Of a stretch of DNA of 64,000 nt, positions 36,420 to 46,090 are shown piece after piece (the first letter of the stretch is position 1; every line of letters begins with the position of its first letter). The position numbers and the translations under genes were made by a program. The stretch spans positions 160,001-224,000 of the forward strand of contig CAZQNA010000002.1 of NCBI GenBank assembly GCA_964594835.1. The letters are read 5' to 3'. The DNA is from an uncultured Nitrososphaerota archaeon. GTDB lineage: Archaea > Korarchaeota > Korarchaeia > Korarchaeales > Korarchaeaceae. The notes beneath the pieces were generated by a model. The model worked only from the letters and a program-made list of their open reading frames with translations, searched no databases and was not told the DNA's origin.

Positions 36420-38129
36420 ATGATACCGCTGCGCTCGCTTCCGGGAGGGCCCAGGATACTCGGGGCCAACTTGGTGAAGTGGTTCATAACGGCCGCCCTG
36501 ATCGGGGTCGTGACGGGCGTCGCGGTGGCCAGCCTGGACTTCGCCGTCGCCAGGCCGTGGGAGGCGCTCAGGCGCCTCATGGCAGAGTACCCCCTCCTCG
36601 CCCTCCTGGGCCCGTCCGCGGGCCTGACCCTCACCGGCCTGATAAGGGACAGGCTCACGCGTGAGCCCGAGATCCACGGCACCGAGGAGGTACTCGTGGC
36701 CTACCACGAGAGGAACGGGCGGCTCGAGGTTGGGGACCTGCCGCCCAAGTTCGTCGCGTCCGCGGCCACCATAGGCCTGGGAGGGAGCGCCGGGCTGGAG
36801 GGACCCAGCATCCACATCGGGGGCGGCGTTGGGGTCGCCCTGGACCGCCTCCTGAGGAGGCTGGGCGTCCGGGCCGACAGGAGGATCCTCCTGATGACAG
36901 GGGCGGCCGCCGGCATAGGGGCCGTGTTCAAGGCCCCCCTCACGGGTCTCATATTCGCCCTGGAGGTCCCGTACAAGGAGGGCCTCGAGCACAGGGCGGT
37001 CGTTCCGGCTCTGGTGGCCTCGGTGGCCTCCTACCTCACCCTGGGCTCGATACTCGGCACGGAGCCGATATTCAGGTACCCCTCGGTGTACGCGTCCGTG
37101 GACATCTTCATAGTGCTGTTCGCCATAGCGGAGGGGCTGTTCGCCGGAGTCGCCGCGGTGGGCTTCGTCAGGCTGATCGGCGCCGTCGAGTCGGCCTGGG
37201 GGGAGGACGCCCCCTACGCCCTCAGGGGCCTGGTGAGCGGGGTCGGCGTCGGCCTGATAGGCCTCGTCAGCGTGATGTTCTTCGGGGGACCCCACCCGCT
37301 CGGGATGAGCTACGACCTGGTCAGGGGCGCCCTCTCCTCCAGGTGGGACGCCGAGTTCTTCGCGGCCATGCTCCTCCTGAAGGCGGTCGCCACCGCCCTC
37401 ACCCTCGGCGGATCGGGCGTCGGGGGGGTCTTCATACCCACCATAGTGATGGGCTCCTCCATCGGCGCCATCTGGGGCCAGACGCTGGGGAGGAACGAGG
37501 ACCTCTTCGTGGCCCTGGGCATGTCGGCGATGCTCTCGGCCAGCTTCAAGACCCCGCTGACCTCCGTCGCCTTCGTCGCCGAGACCACGGGGTCGGAGTT
37601 CTACCTGATCCCGAGCATCGTGGCGTCGGCCGCCGCCTATCTGATCTCCGGCCCCACCTCCCTGCCCAAGAACCAGAGGCTGATGGAGAGGATCGGCCTG
37701 CAGGACATCGGGGACATCCCCGTGAGGGAGGTCATGGGACCTGCGCCGCCCACCGTGGACGCGGGCGCGACCCTCAGGGAGTTCGTGGAGGAGGTGCTGG
37801 TCAGGAGCCCTGAGTTCCTCACCTATCCGGTGGTGGAGGGCGGCAGGGTGATCGGAGTCCTCGAGGTCGAGGACGTCGAGAGGCTCGCGCCCGAGCTGTG
37901 GGACAAGGTCAGGGTGGGGGACGTGGCCAGGCTGGGGTACCCCTTCGTGGAGCCGGAGGAGACCGTCGAGGCCGCCGTCCACAAGATGTACGAGTACGGC
38001 GTGGCCTGCCTGCCGGTCGTCGAGGACGGCTCGAGGGTCGTCGGCTCCATCTCGGCCGTCAACGTTGTGGCGCTCATGGAGCTCAGGGCCAGGCTGAGGA
38101 AGTTCTCCATATTCGCCCCACCGTCCTGA
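36420..38129 (+). CDS. ClC chloride channel/antiporter with C-terminal CBS pair
   Basis: GGSAGLEGPSIHIG, GAAAGIGAVFKAPL, GGVFIPT; CBS domains. Confidence 0.92.
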   Translation: MIPLRSLPGGPRILGANLVKWFITAALIGVVTGVAVASLDFAVARPWEALRRLMAEYPLLALLGPSAGLTLTGLIRDRLTREPEIHGTEEVLVAYHERNGRLEVGDLPPKFVASAATIGLGGSAGLEGPSIHIGGGVGVALDRLLRRLGVRADRRILLMTGAAAGIGAVFKAPLTGLIFALEVPYKEGLEHRAVVPALVASVASYLTLGSILGTEPIFRYPSVYASVDIFIVLFAIAEGLFAGVAAVGFVRLIGAVESAWGEDAPYALRGLVSGVGVGLIGLVSVMFFGGPHPLGMSYDLVRGALSSRWDAEFFAAMLLLKAVATALTLGGSGVGGVFIPTIVMGSSIGAIWGQTLGRNEDLFVALGMSAMLSASFKTPLTSVAFVAETTGSEFYLIPSIVASAAAYLISGPTSLPKNQRLMERIGLQDIGDIPVREVMGPAPPTVDAGATLREFVEEVLVRSPEFLTYPVVEGGRVIGVLEVEDVERLAPELWDKVRVGDVARLGYPFVEPEETVEAAVHKMYEYGVACLPVVEDGSRVVGSISAVNVVALMELRARLRKFSIFAPPS

Positions 38130-38159
38130 TCCCCCCTAGGTACTCCGTGGCCCCTCTGC

Positions 38160-41100
38160 TCACCTCCCCAGCCTGAACCGCTTGGCGACCGCTTGCCGAT
38201 ACAAGTTGAGGCCCCTGGCCGTCCGTCGGAGGGAGGCCGCCCTCGACCTGACCCTCCCCACTAGAGTACTGGCCTCTTGGGCTGCCTCCCTGGCCTCCCT
38301 TAGGGCCGCCTCGCACTCCTTGATCCTATCCCCTACGCCTTTGAGCCTGCTCAGCTCCCCTCGGGCTGCAGCCAGGGCAGACTCACAGTCATCCGGCAGG
38401 TCGACAGGCGGTGGCACGGCGAGGCCGCCCAGGCAGGACTCCACGCCGTCCAGGCAGGACCTGGCTGACTCGATGCCCTCTCTGGCCGACCTCACCTTGG
38501 ATGGATCCTCTCCCGCCTGCTTCAGCTCACTCCTGAACCCCCTGAACGCCCTCTGGATCTCGGCCCACTGCTCGGGCCCGCCGGCCGCCAGCAGCAGTCC
38601 GCTGCCGCCTGCGGTGAGGGGATTCAGGAGGGAACTCATGATGGAGTACATGCCCCCGACGGCCTTCACGAGGTCGGTCGGGAGTGGGGTCGAGGCCAGG
38701 TCCTCAATCGCGTAGCCTGCAGCCGATCCGAGGGCTCCTAGAAGGCCATTCCCCCAGTCCCATAGCCCGCTGAACCTCGAGGGATCAATGTCGGCCCCGG
38801 CCAGCTTCAGGACGTCGGACACCTCTCTCAGGGCGTCGAGTAAGGAGGAGAAGGAGTCTCTCCACTCCTCCACTCCGTCGCGGAGGTCTCCATCGGCGGA
38901 GTCTACTCCCGAGCGGACCTCTGACACCCCCCTCTCAATGGCCAGCAGTCGTCCCTCGAGGTCCGACCTCGAGGCCTGGACCTCTCCCACCAACTTCTGG
39001 AGCTCGGCCTCGCACTCCCTCCTCCTCTCGGCCTCCTCGGCCCGCGCCCTCTGGACGCGCTTGACGCAGTCGTCCAGCCTCCCCTGAACTTCCTCCCTCT
39101 CCCTCCGCAGGCGCTCCAGCGCGGAGCGGGCCTCCTCTATCCCCTCGAGTTCCGCCTCCCTCTCGTCCAGCTCCCTCAGGCGCCGCTCCAGATCGGCCAG
39201 CTTAGACTCTCCCTCCCCGATCTCCCGCTCGACCTCGGCCAGCCTCGACCTGATGCCCTCCAGCTCCCCCTCCAGCCTCGCCCTCTCCTCGAGTTCGCCT
39301 GAGTGCCGCCTCCTGTAGGCAGAAACCCTCTCCTCGGCCCGCCGTAGGCGTTCCTCCATCCTCTCGACCTCCCTCCGACGGCTCCTGATGGTGGAACTGT
39401 TCAAGAGACGCCTCTCCATCTCCCTGACCTTCTCCTCGATGCTCTGCTCGTAGGCCCTCAGCCTCTCCCTGGCCTGGGCCAGCCTGGCCTCGGCCCGCTT
39501 CACCGCCCTCCTGCGGGACCTGCTCTCCGGCCTCTCCCCCAGCCTCTCCGCGGCCCTCCTGAGCCGCTCCTCCTCCGCCCTCACCCTCCTGCTGAGGCCC
39601 CTGTACCTGAAGCCCCGCCTCAGCCCCTCTGACTTTCCCTCGACGCGCTTCCTCACGTTCTCGATGGACTCTCTCAGCCTCTCCTTGGCCCTCTCCAGCC
39701 CCTGAGCCGACCTGTCCCTTCTACCCTGGAGGATGTCCATCTCGCGGAGCCTCCTGTTCAGCGCCCCGAGCCTCTCCCGAGCCTCACTTGCCTCCCTCCT
39801 CAAGGACTCCCTCTCATTCTTCAGCTCCTCCGTGGAGTTCCTAAGCCGCTGGATCTCCCCCTCAAGTTCCTCCCTCTCCGCCCGGAGCCGCTCCCTCTCA
39901 TCATAAACGCCGTCCTCCGCCCAGGGCGGGACCCTCGGGGCGGCGTTCCTGATCCTCTGATCCAGACCCCTGAGCTCCACTCGGAGTTCCTCACAGGGAT
40001 CAATCCCTGCGGCCGGGGCCCTGGATCGCCGCCTCGCCGCCAGCGCGGCCCCTCCGACCGCCAGACCGGCGGCCGCGAGGATGGCCGGGACGAGAACCCC
40101 TCTCTCGCCTCCCGGACCGGCGGGCGGGGCGGCCGTCTGGCCAGTCGGCCCGGGCTGGCTCGGGACCGGGACGTCTACCTGCAGCCGGGCCTCGTTGTTT
40201 TCCTCGTCGGACTCCGAAATGTCGTTGCCCGGATCGACAATCGCGGATATGACGTGGGTTCCAGGCTCGGCTGGCTCGTACTCGATGAACATTCTCTCTG
40301 AAGACCCGTTCTCGACGGAGAGCGAGCCCGAAAAGACCAGGACCCGGGCCGTCTCGTCGTAGACGCTTACCCGGACGGGGGAGGAGAGCCGGCCCGTCGA
40401 CTCGAGCACCGCCAGGGAGATGTTGAGCGCCCCCGGCCTCGACGAGGCCTCAGATCCCACGACGACCGTGAGGTCTGGGGAGAGGGGGGTCACGAAGATC
40501 TCCAAGGTCCCCAGATGCACCCTCTCACCGGTCTCCGGGGATATCAGGGAGATCGAGACCCTCCACTCGCCCGGGACATCGAGGTCCTCGCTGAACTCGA
40601 ACCTCCCCTCCGGGTCCACCGATCCCCCGTGGAGGGACGTCCTCTCCATGCCGCCCGGGCCCCTGAGGGTGACCTCGATATCGGCAGACCGTCCAGGCGG
40701 GGGAGAGACCACGCCCCTGATGATCAGGCCCTCCCCCAGCCTCAGCGAAGGAGGGGCGCTCACGGCGGCGAGCTCGTACCTGGCTGCGGGGACGAAGCCG
40801 ACCACCACGGTGGTGGACCACGAGACTCCGCCAGCAGTCGCGGTGGCCTCGATGGCGCACTCTCCCGCCCTATCGGCCTCGGCGGACACGTTCACCCTCA
40901 GGGGTAGGGGACCTACGGCCGAGTCTGGGGTGAGGTCGGCGCAGTCGGAGCTCACTCGAAGGCTGGCGAACTCGGGAGGCGGCCCCACGGGACTCACGAC
41001 GATCTCCAGCGAAGTCGGCTCGCCGACCCTCGGGTGGGGGCTCTCCACGGTAGCCGAGACGTTGAGCTCCCCTATGGCCACCGGGACGACCGTCTGAGAG

Positions 41101-41444
41101 CAGACCTCTCCGGAGCGGGCCAGGACGAGGACCTCGTACTCCCCGACAGGCCCCCAGCCTGCCGAAGAGAGGGTGAGGTTCGCCTCGGCGCTGGACCCGG
41201 GGGCCAGCTCCACCGTCCGGGGGGAGAACCGCCAGGAGATGAAGTCCGGGGCCTCGGCCGTGAGTGCCACCTCTCCGGACAGGTCCTCCGTCCCCCTCAC
41301 CACTATCCTCACGGTCCCCTCCCCCCCGGGCGGGAGCCAGAGGTAGCGCCCCTCACCCGAGCCGGGTCGGGCAGGAAGGTAGGTCAGGGAGGCCAGGGAG
41401 ACCAGAAGGTACAGGAGAAGGATTGCTCGAGTGCGCGAGATCAA
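38160..41444 (-). CDS. Single-pass membrane protein: extracellular Ig-like/CARDB domains, TM, long cytoplasmic coiled coil
   Basis: Signal peptide; VDPGNDISESDEENN CARDB motif; TM followed by RRR; E/R-rich heptads. Confidence 0.8.
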   Translation of the reverse strand: MISRTRAILLLYLLVSLASLTYLPARPGSGEGRYLWLPPGGEGTVRIVVRGTEDLSGEVALTAEAPDFISWRFSPRTVELAPGSSAEANLTLSSAGWGPVGEYEVLVLARSGEVCSQTVVPVAIGELNVSATVESPHPRVGEPTSLEIVVSPVGPPPEFASLRVSSDCADLTPDSAVGPLPLRVNVSAEADRAGECAIEATATAGGVSWSTTVVVGFVPAARYELAAVSAPPSLRLGEGLIIRGVVSPPPGRSADIEVTLRGPGGMERTSLHGGSVDPEGRFEFSEDLDVPGEWRVSISLISPETGERVHLGTLEIFVTPLSPDLTVVVGSEASSRPGALNISLAVLESTGRLSSPVRVSVYDETARVLVFSGSLSVENGSSERMFIEYEPAEPGTHVISAIVDPGNDISESDEENNEARLQVDVPVPSQPGPTGQTAAPPAGPGGERGVLVPAILAAAGLAVGGAALAARRRSRAPAAGIDPCEELRVELRGLDQRIRNAAPRVPPWAEDGVYDERERLRAEREELEGEIQRLRNSTEELKNERESLRREASEARERLGALNRRLREMDILQGRRDRSAQGLERAKERLRESIENVRKRVEGKSEGLRRGFRYRGLSRRVRAEEERLRRAAERLGERPESRSRRRAVKRAEARLAQARERLRAYEQSIEEKVREMERRLLNSSTIRSRRREVERMEERLRRAEERVSAYRRRHSGELEERARLEGELEGIRSRLAEVEREIGEGESKLADLERRLRELDEREAELEGIEEARSALERLRREREEVQGRLDDCVKRVQRARAEEAERRRECEAELQKLVGEVQASRSDLEGRLLAIERGVSEVRSGVDSADGDLRDGVEEWRDSFSSLLDALREVSDVLKLAGADIDPSRFSGLWDWGNGLLGALGSAAGYAIEDLASTPLPTDLVKAVGGMYSIMSSLLNPLTAGGSGLLLAAGGPEQWAEIQRAFRGFRSELKQAGEDPSKVRSAREGIESARSCLDGVESCLGGLAVPPPVDLPDDCESALAAARGELSRLKGVGDRIKECEAALREAREAAQEASTLVGRVRSRAASLRRTARGLNLYRQAVAKRFRLGR

Positions 41445-41605
41445 GACGAGAACCTCTTTTCGGGTCGCGCCCCCCTGGAGAGAATATAAGCGGCGGCGGT
41501 CCCGTCCTCCCCCGCCTGCGCGCCCTCCAGGGCCCGAGGAGTTATTTTATGACTGTAAATTGATAGCGGGCAAAGAGTTTAAGGCGGGGAGATCCGGGCG
41601 GCCCT

Positions 41606-43570
41606 GTGAGGCGCCCCCCAGCCCTGATTCTGGCGGCCGGAAGGGCAACGCGTATGCAACCCTACTCCAGGGAGATGCCCAAGTCGCTCTTCGAGCTGGC
41701 GCCCGGCCTCGCGATAATGGACCTGACCATCAGGTGGCTCAGGGAGGAGGGCGTACAGAGGGTTGTGATAGTCACCAGGCCGAGCCTGGTCCCGGCTCTC
41801 CGGGAGAGGTACGACGACTCGGTGGAGATAGTTGCCACGGACGTCGAGGAGGGGTTCGGAAACCTCTACTCCCTGAGGGCGGGAATGAGGGCCCTGGACT
41901 CTGAGGAGTTCCTGCTCCTCATGTCCGACCACATCTTCGAGCCCGACATCCTCAGGAGGCTCTTGAGGAGGGGAGGGGGCGCCGCGTTCACCCTCTGCCT
42001 CGACAGGAACCCGCCCTGGGACAAGATAGAGGAGGGCCTCAAGGTCGTCGTCCGCGACGGGAGGGTGGAGCAGGTCGGGAAGAGGGCCCCTCCCTACTAC
42101 GGGGTGGACACGGGCCTCTTCTACTGCTCCAGGGGGGCCAGGAGGATAGTGGAGGAGACCATAGCGGAGGTGGGGCCGAGGGCGACGGTGGCCGACGCGC
42201 TGAGGGCGGCCATCGCCAGGGGCGAGGTCGACTACGTAGACGTCACGGGCCTACTCTGGATGGATGTGGACACGCCCGAGGAGCTCGAGGAGGCCCGGAG
42301 GCTCCTGCCCAGCCTGCTAAGGAGGAGCCTCCTGAAGCCCGGCGACGGGCCGGTCTCGAGGTACATGAACAGGCCCATCTCCACGAGGATCTCCGTTTGG
42401 CTCTTCCTGCGGGGGATCTCGATCAGCCCCAACCTGATCTCCGCGGTCTCGTTCCTGACCTGCGTGGGGGGCGCGGCCCTGGTGGCTCTTGGGAGGGCCT
42501 TGATCGGCGGGGCGCTCATCCAGCTCTCCTCGATACTCGACGGAGTTGACGGGGAGGTGGCGAGGCTCTTCCAGAGGGCCAGCAGGTTCGGTAAGGTGTT
42601 CGACGCCCTCCTCGACAGGTACGCCGACCTTGCGGTGGTGGCCGCCTTCGGCCTCGCGATGTGGCCCCTCGACAGGCTGGGATTCCTCTCGGTGGCCGCA
42701 GCCGCCGGGAACGTGTTCATCGTGAGCTACGTCTCGCACCTGGCGGGCTGGGGGGATGACCCGAGGGTCGCGGAGATGCGGGCGTGGAGCCCGGCGGGGA
42801 GGGACGTGAGGCTCCTGGTGGCCGCCCTGGCGGCGATGGCCGGGAGGCCGGACCTCTTCCTGATTTACATGGCGACGATCCCACTGGCCTTCTCTGCGGC
42901 CCTGTTCTGGGCCGTCCTCGTGGGGCCGAGGCCAGCCGGGAGGCCGGCCCTCCAGAGGCCCGAGAGGAGGGAGCCAATCCCCAGGGTCGAGGCCAGGCCG
43001 GTGAGCAGGAGGCGAAGGCTGCGGAGGGCGGAGAGAGCCCTGGGAACGCTCCTGTCCAGCTCCATAAAGCTCGCCCTCGCCCTCTTCATAATTAGGGTCG
43101 TCGAGAGATTGATGTCGGGATTCAGCCCGATCCCGATGGGCCCGTTCCAGCTGGTGCCGGCCGACCTGCTCTCTTTCGTCGAGCTCGTGGCGGTCGTTTA
43201 CTTCGGCTACAGGATCCTGATGGCCCTGAAGTATCTCGTGGACCTGACCTCGGGGTGGCTGGTGAGGAAGCTGGGGGCCGTCACGGAGGCCGCGGTCAAC
43301 AGGGCGCTCGTGGACCTCCTCTACCTGAGCTTCCTCGCGGTGCTGATGTGGATAGCGCCCTCCAGGGTCTCTAGCCTGCCGGGCCTCGGCGAGGTGGCGG
43401 AGAGGGTCGTGCTGCTGGTCCTCCTGGTGTTCTTCGTTCTGATAGTCTACGACCTCATGAAGCTCTTCTACAGGAGCTTCCGCGGGGCCTACGAGCGGAT
43501 GGTGGCCAGGCTGGCCGAGAGACTGAGGGCGGTGGAGGAGTCGAGGTCCAGGCCCGAGGCCGCCCAGTGA
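41606..43570 (+). CDS. Bifunctional NTP-transferase/CDP-alcohol phosphatidyltransferase (IPCT/DIPPS-like) with extra C-terminal membrane domain
   Basis: ILAAG.ATRM..PK, MSDH, WMDVDTPE, DGPVSRYMNRPIS, D-G-x-D-G-x-x-A-R...D..LDRY.D. Confidence 0.85.
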   Translation: MRRPPALILAAGRATRMQPYSREMPKSLFELAPGLAIMDLTIRWLREEGVQRVVIVTRPSLVPALRERYDDSVEIVATDVEEGFGNLYSLRAGMRALDSEEFLLLMSDHIFEPDILRRLLRRGGGAAFTLCLDRNPPWDKIEEGLKVVVRDGRVEQVGKRAPPYYGVDTGLFYCSRGARRIVEETIAEVGPRATVADALRAAIARGEVDYVDVTGLLWMDVDTPEELEEARRLLPSLLRRSLLKPGDGPVSRYMNRPISTRISVWLFLRGISISPNLISAVSFLTCVGGAALVALGRALIGGALIQLSSILDGVDGEVARLFQRASRFGKVFDALLDRYADLAVVAAFGLAMWPLDRLGFLSVAAAAGNVFIVSYVSHLAGWGDDPRVAEMRAWSPAGRDVRLLVAALAAMAGRPDLFLIYMATIPLAFSAALFWAVLVGPRPAGRPALQRPERREPIPRVEARPVSRRRRLRRAERALGTLLSSSIKLALALFIIRVVERLMSGFSPIPMGPFQLVPADLLSFVELVAVVYFGYRILMALKYLVDLTSGWLVRKLGAVTEAAVNRALVDLLYLSFLAVLMWIAPSRVSSLPGLGEVAERVVLLVLLVFFVLIVYDLMKLFYRSFRGAYERMVARLAERLRAVEESRSRPEAAQ

Positions 43571-43705
43571 GGGTCCCGCGTCTTGAAACGCCGACTCGGG
43601 CGGCTTCTCCGTCCGACATCGGGCCCCCGTAGACCCTGGCTTCGGGGATTGGATCGACCCGGCCCGACGCCGCCGTTTATTTGTCTCCCGCCGCGCTGGG
43701 ACGCG

Positions 43706-44389
43706 ATGATCCTCCCCGACATCATCGTGAACCTGAAGCTCTACAGGGAGTCGGTCGGGAAGAGGGCCGTACAGATCGCGAGGCTAGCCGAGGAGGTGGG
43801 AAGGGAGACTGGCGTGGCCTTCGGGATCGCCCCCTCCCTCATGGATGCCTGGGCTGTGGCCAGCGAGGTGGACATACCGGTGTTCGCCCAGCACGTGGAT
43901 CCCGTGGAGCCGGGGGCCAGGACCGGCCACGTCAGCCCGAGGCTTCTCAGGGAGTACGGGCTCAGGGGCTCTCTCATCAACCACAGCGAGAGGAGGATGA
44001 GGCTGGCCGACGTCCGCGTGGCCGTGCAGATGCTCAGGGATGAGGGCCTCGCCTCCATAGTCTGCGCCGGAGATCCGGCCGAGTCTCTGGCCGCAGCCGC
44101 CCTCAAGCCCACGGCCGTGGCGTTTGAGCCCCCTGAACTCATTGGGACGGGGGTATCCGTGTCGAAGGCCAGGCCGGAGGCGGTCACGAGGGCGGTGAAC
44201 GCCATCCGCTCCAAGTTCGAGGAGGTCGCGGTGGTCTGCGGGGCCGGGGTCTCGACGGGAGAGGACGTGAGGAGGGCCTTCGAGCTGGGTGTTGACTCCG
44301 TTCTCCTCGCTTCAGCCGTGGCCAAGGCTCCGAGACCGAGGGAAAAGCTTCTGGAGCTCGCGAGGGGAGCCCTTGTGCCCGAGTATTGA
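43706..44389 (+). CDS. tpiA: Triosephosphate isomerase (archaeal type)
   Basis: VNLKLY, AQHVD, NHSE, EPPELIGTG.SVS, CGAGVS. Confidence 0.95.
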   Translation: MILPDIIVNLKLYRESVGKRAVQIARLAEEVGRETGVAFGIAPSLMDAWAVASEVDIPVFAQHVDPVEPGARTGHVSPRLLREYGLRGSLINHSERRMRLADVRVAVQMLRDEGLASIVCAGDPAESLAAAALKPTAVAFEPPELIGTGVSVSKARPEAVTRAVNAIRSKFEEVAVVCGAGVSTGEDVRRAFELGVDSVLLASAVAKAPRPREKLLELARGALVPEY

Positions 44390-44433
44390 CCCGACCCCGG
44401 CTAGGGGGGCGAGTCGCGGGGGCGCCGGGGGGG

Positions 44434-45195
44434 CTAGGGGACCCCTACCGCCCGGCTCAGGATCGGCCGGTAGACCGCATTTGCAACGGTCGCCTTGAGC
44501 GCGAAGTCCAGGGCTATGCACACCAGCGCCAGGGCGAGCTGACCCCTCGCGTCCCTCAGGCTCAGGTCTGTCTGCCTGAGGAGTCTGAGGAGGGGTATGG
44601 AGAGCACCACCCCGAGGTTGACGTACCCCACCACCCTGATAATGGCGTAGACCGGCCATCCGAAGATCAGGGGGACCCAGATCATGCCCGGCCGGGCGCT
44701 CATCACGAGGCACCCCACGTAGTAGTTCATGTAGTTCAGCAGGAACGACCCCAGGAAGAGCCCAAGCAGACCGGCGCTGGCCAGAGAGAGCGCGGAGAAG
44801 ACGAAGATCTCTCTGATCTTGGGGACGAGGAAGAGCCTGGGATCTCCCTCCGGACCCGCCCCCGTCCTTATCCACTCGAACATCTCCCTCCTGTAGGACT
44901 CCCCGTGGAGCACCAGGGGACCTATCCGCTCACCAAGAAGCGCCGTGAGCCCTATCATGGTGGCCGTGGAGGAGAGCGCCCAGAGCAGGACGTGCCCGGC
45001 GGCGCGCCAGTTCCTGCCAGCCCTGAGGTCGGCCAGGTAGAGGGGGTAGATGGCTGCCGTCGTCGCTGCCGGGAGGAGTACGGGGTGCAGCTTGGCGAGG
45101 GCGAGCCCGAGCGCGGTAGATCCCAGCCCGAGCGTCAGGGCTAGCAGGTCTCCCTTCCGCCCCGAACTCAGCTCCTCAACCCTGGATAGGGGCAC
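44434..45195 (-). CDS. Hypothetical polytopic membrane protein
   Basis: Several TM helices; distinctive MFEWIRTG.GPEGDP and LNYMNYYVG segments. Confidence 0.7.
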   Translation of the reverse strand: MPLSRVEELSSGRKGDLLALTLGLGSTALGLALAKLHPVLLPAATTAAIYPLYLADLRAGRNWRAAGHVLLWALSSTATMIGLTALLGERIGPLVLHGESYRREMFEWIRTGAGPEGDPRLFLVPKIREIFVFSALSLASAGLLGLFLGSFLLNYMNYYVGCLVMSARPGMIWVPLIFGWPVYAIIRVVGYVNLGVVLSIPLLRLLRQTDLSLRDARGQLALALVCIALDFALKATVANAVYRPILSRAVGVP

Positions 45196-45308
45196 GGGCC
45201 CAGCTGCCCTCGCTCCTAAAATAATTCACCCCCCGCGGCCAGACCCCAGGACCAAGGGGTGTGGGGACTCCCACGACGACCCATTCGCGCGGCCCTCGCT
45301 GGCTCAGC

Positions 45309-45743
45309 CTAGATCCCGCGCAGGTCCACCGCCCTCACTCCCAGCCTGTCCGCGTTCTTCAGGATGTACCTGTCACTGGTCAGGAGGGGCAGGCCCTGTC
45401 GCTTGGCCAGGGCCACGTGGAAGGAGTCAAAGTAGTGGAGCCTCCTGGGCCCCCCGTGCTCTCTGTACATTCTGAGCGCCTCTGCAGCGATCTCGGCGGT
45501 TACCGGGATCGTCCTGTGTGGGATGGCGGCCACGTCCCTCAGGAACGACTCGACCTCCTCCAGGGTGCTCCCCTGGCTCCTGAGCGCCGAGGCTATGTCG
45601 TCGTAGACCTCGCTCGACGCGCGGGGCTTGACGGTCCCGCTGAGGATCAGCCTCATGACCCGCCTGCTGTGCTCGAACAGGAGGTCCCCCGTGAGGTAAG
45701 AGATGAAGAAGTCGGCGTCCAGCAGGACGGGCCCCCGAATCAT
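45309..45743 (-). CDS. vapC: VapC PIN-domain toxin
   Basis: LLDADFFI...E..D...LHYFDSFHVA.A....LLTSD. Confidence 0.88.
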   Translation of the reverse strand: MIRGPVLLDADFFISYLTGDLLFEHSRRVMRLILSGTVKPRASSEVYDDIASALRSQGSTLEEVESFLRDVAAIPHRTIPVTAEIAAEALRMYREHGGPRRLHYFDSFHVALAKRQGLPLLTSDRYILKNADRLGVRAVDLRGI

Positions 45744-46003
45744 CAGACCCTGCCCTCCCTCCTGAGGAACTCCTCCTGGGCCTCCTCAAGCTCCTCAAAG
45801 CTTTCGACCCTGATGACCCCCCTGTACTTCCCCCCCAGCCCGTCTACCTCCTCACCGATCGGCCTGAGCAGGAGGGCGCCCCCGCTTAGGAGCCGTATGG
45901 TGAACAGCCTTGACTTGAGCCTCCTCCTGATGTGGCTGGGTATGAGGACCCTCCCCCTGTCGTCCATCTCCACGGTCTCCTCTGTGGACAACACATCACC
46001 CAC
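45743..46003 (-). CDS. vapB: AbrB/MazE-type antitoxin
   Basis: MDDRGRVLIPSHIR; abuts the PIN gene. Confidence 0.8.
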   Translation of the reverse strand: MGDVLSTEETVEMDDRGRVLIPSHIRRRLKSRLFTIRLLSGGALLLRPIGEEVDGLGGKYRGVIRVESFEELEEAQEEFLRREGRV

Positions 46004-46090
46004 GTGGGATATCCCACTCCCACATAATAAGCTCGATCCCTCTAGCAGCCGACTTGGGCCGCCTCAGCCGACTACGGGCTTGACCCAGGC

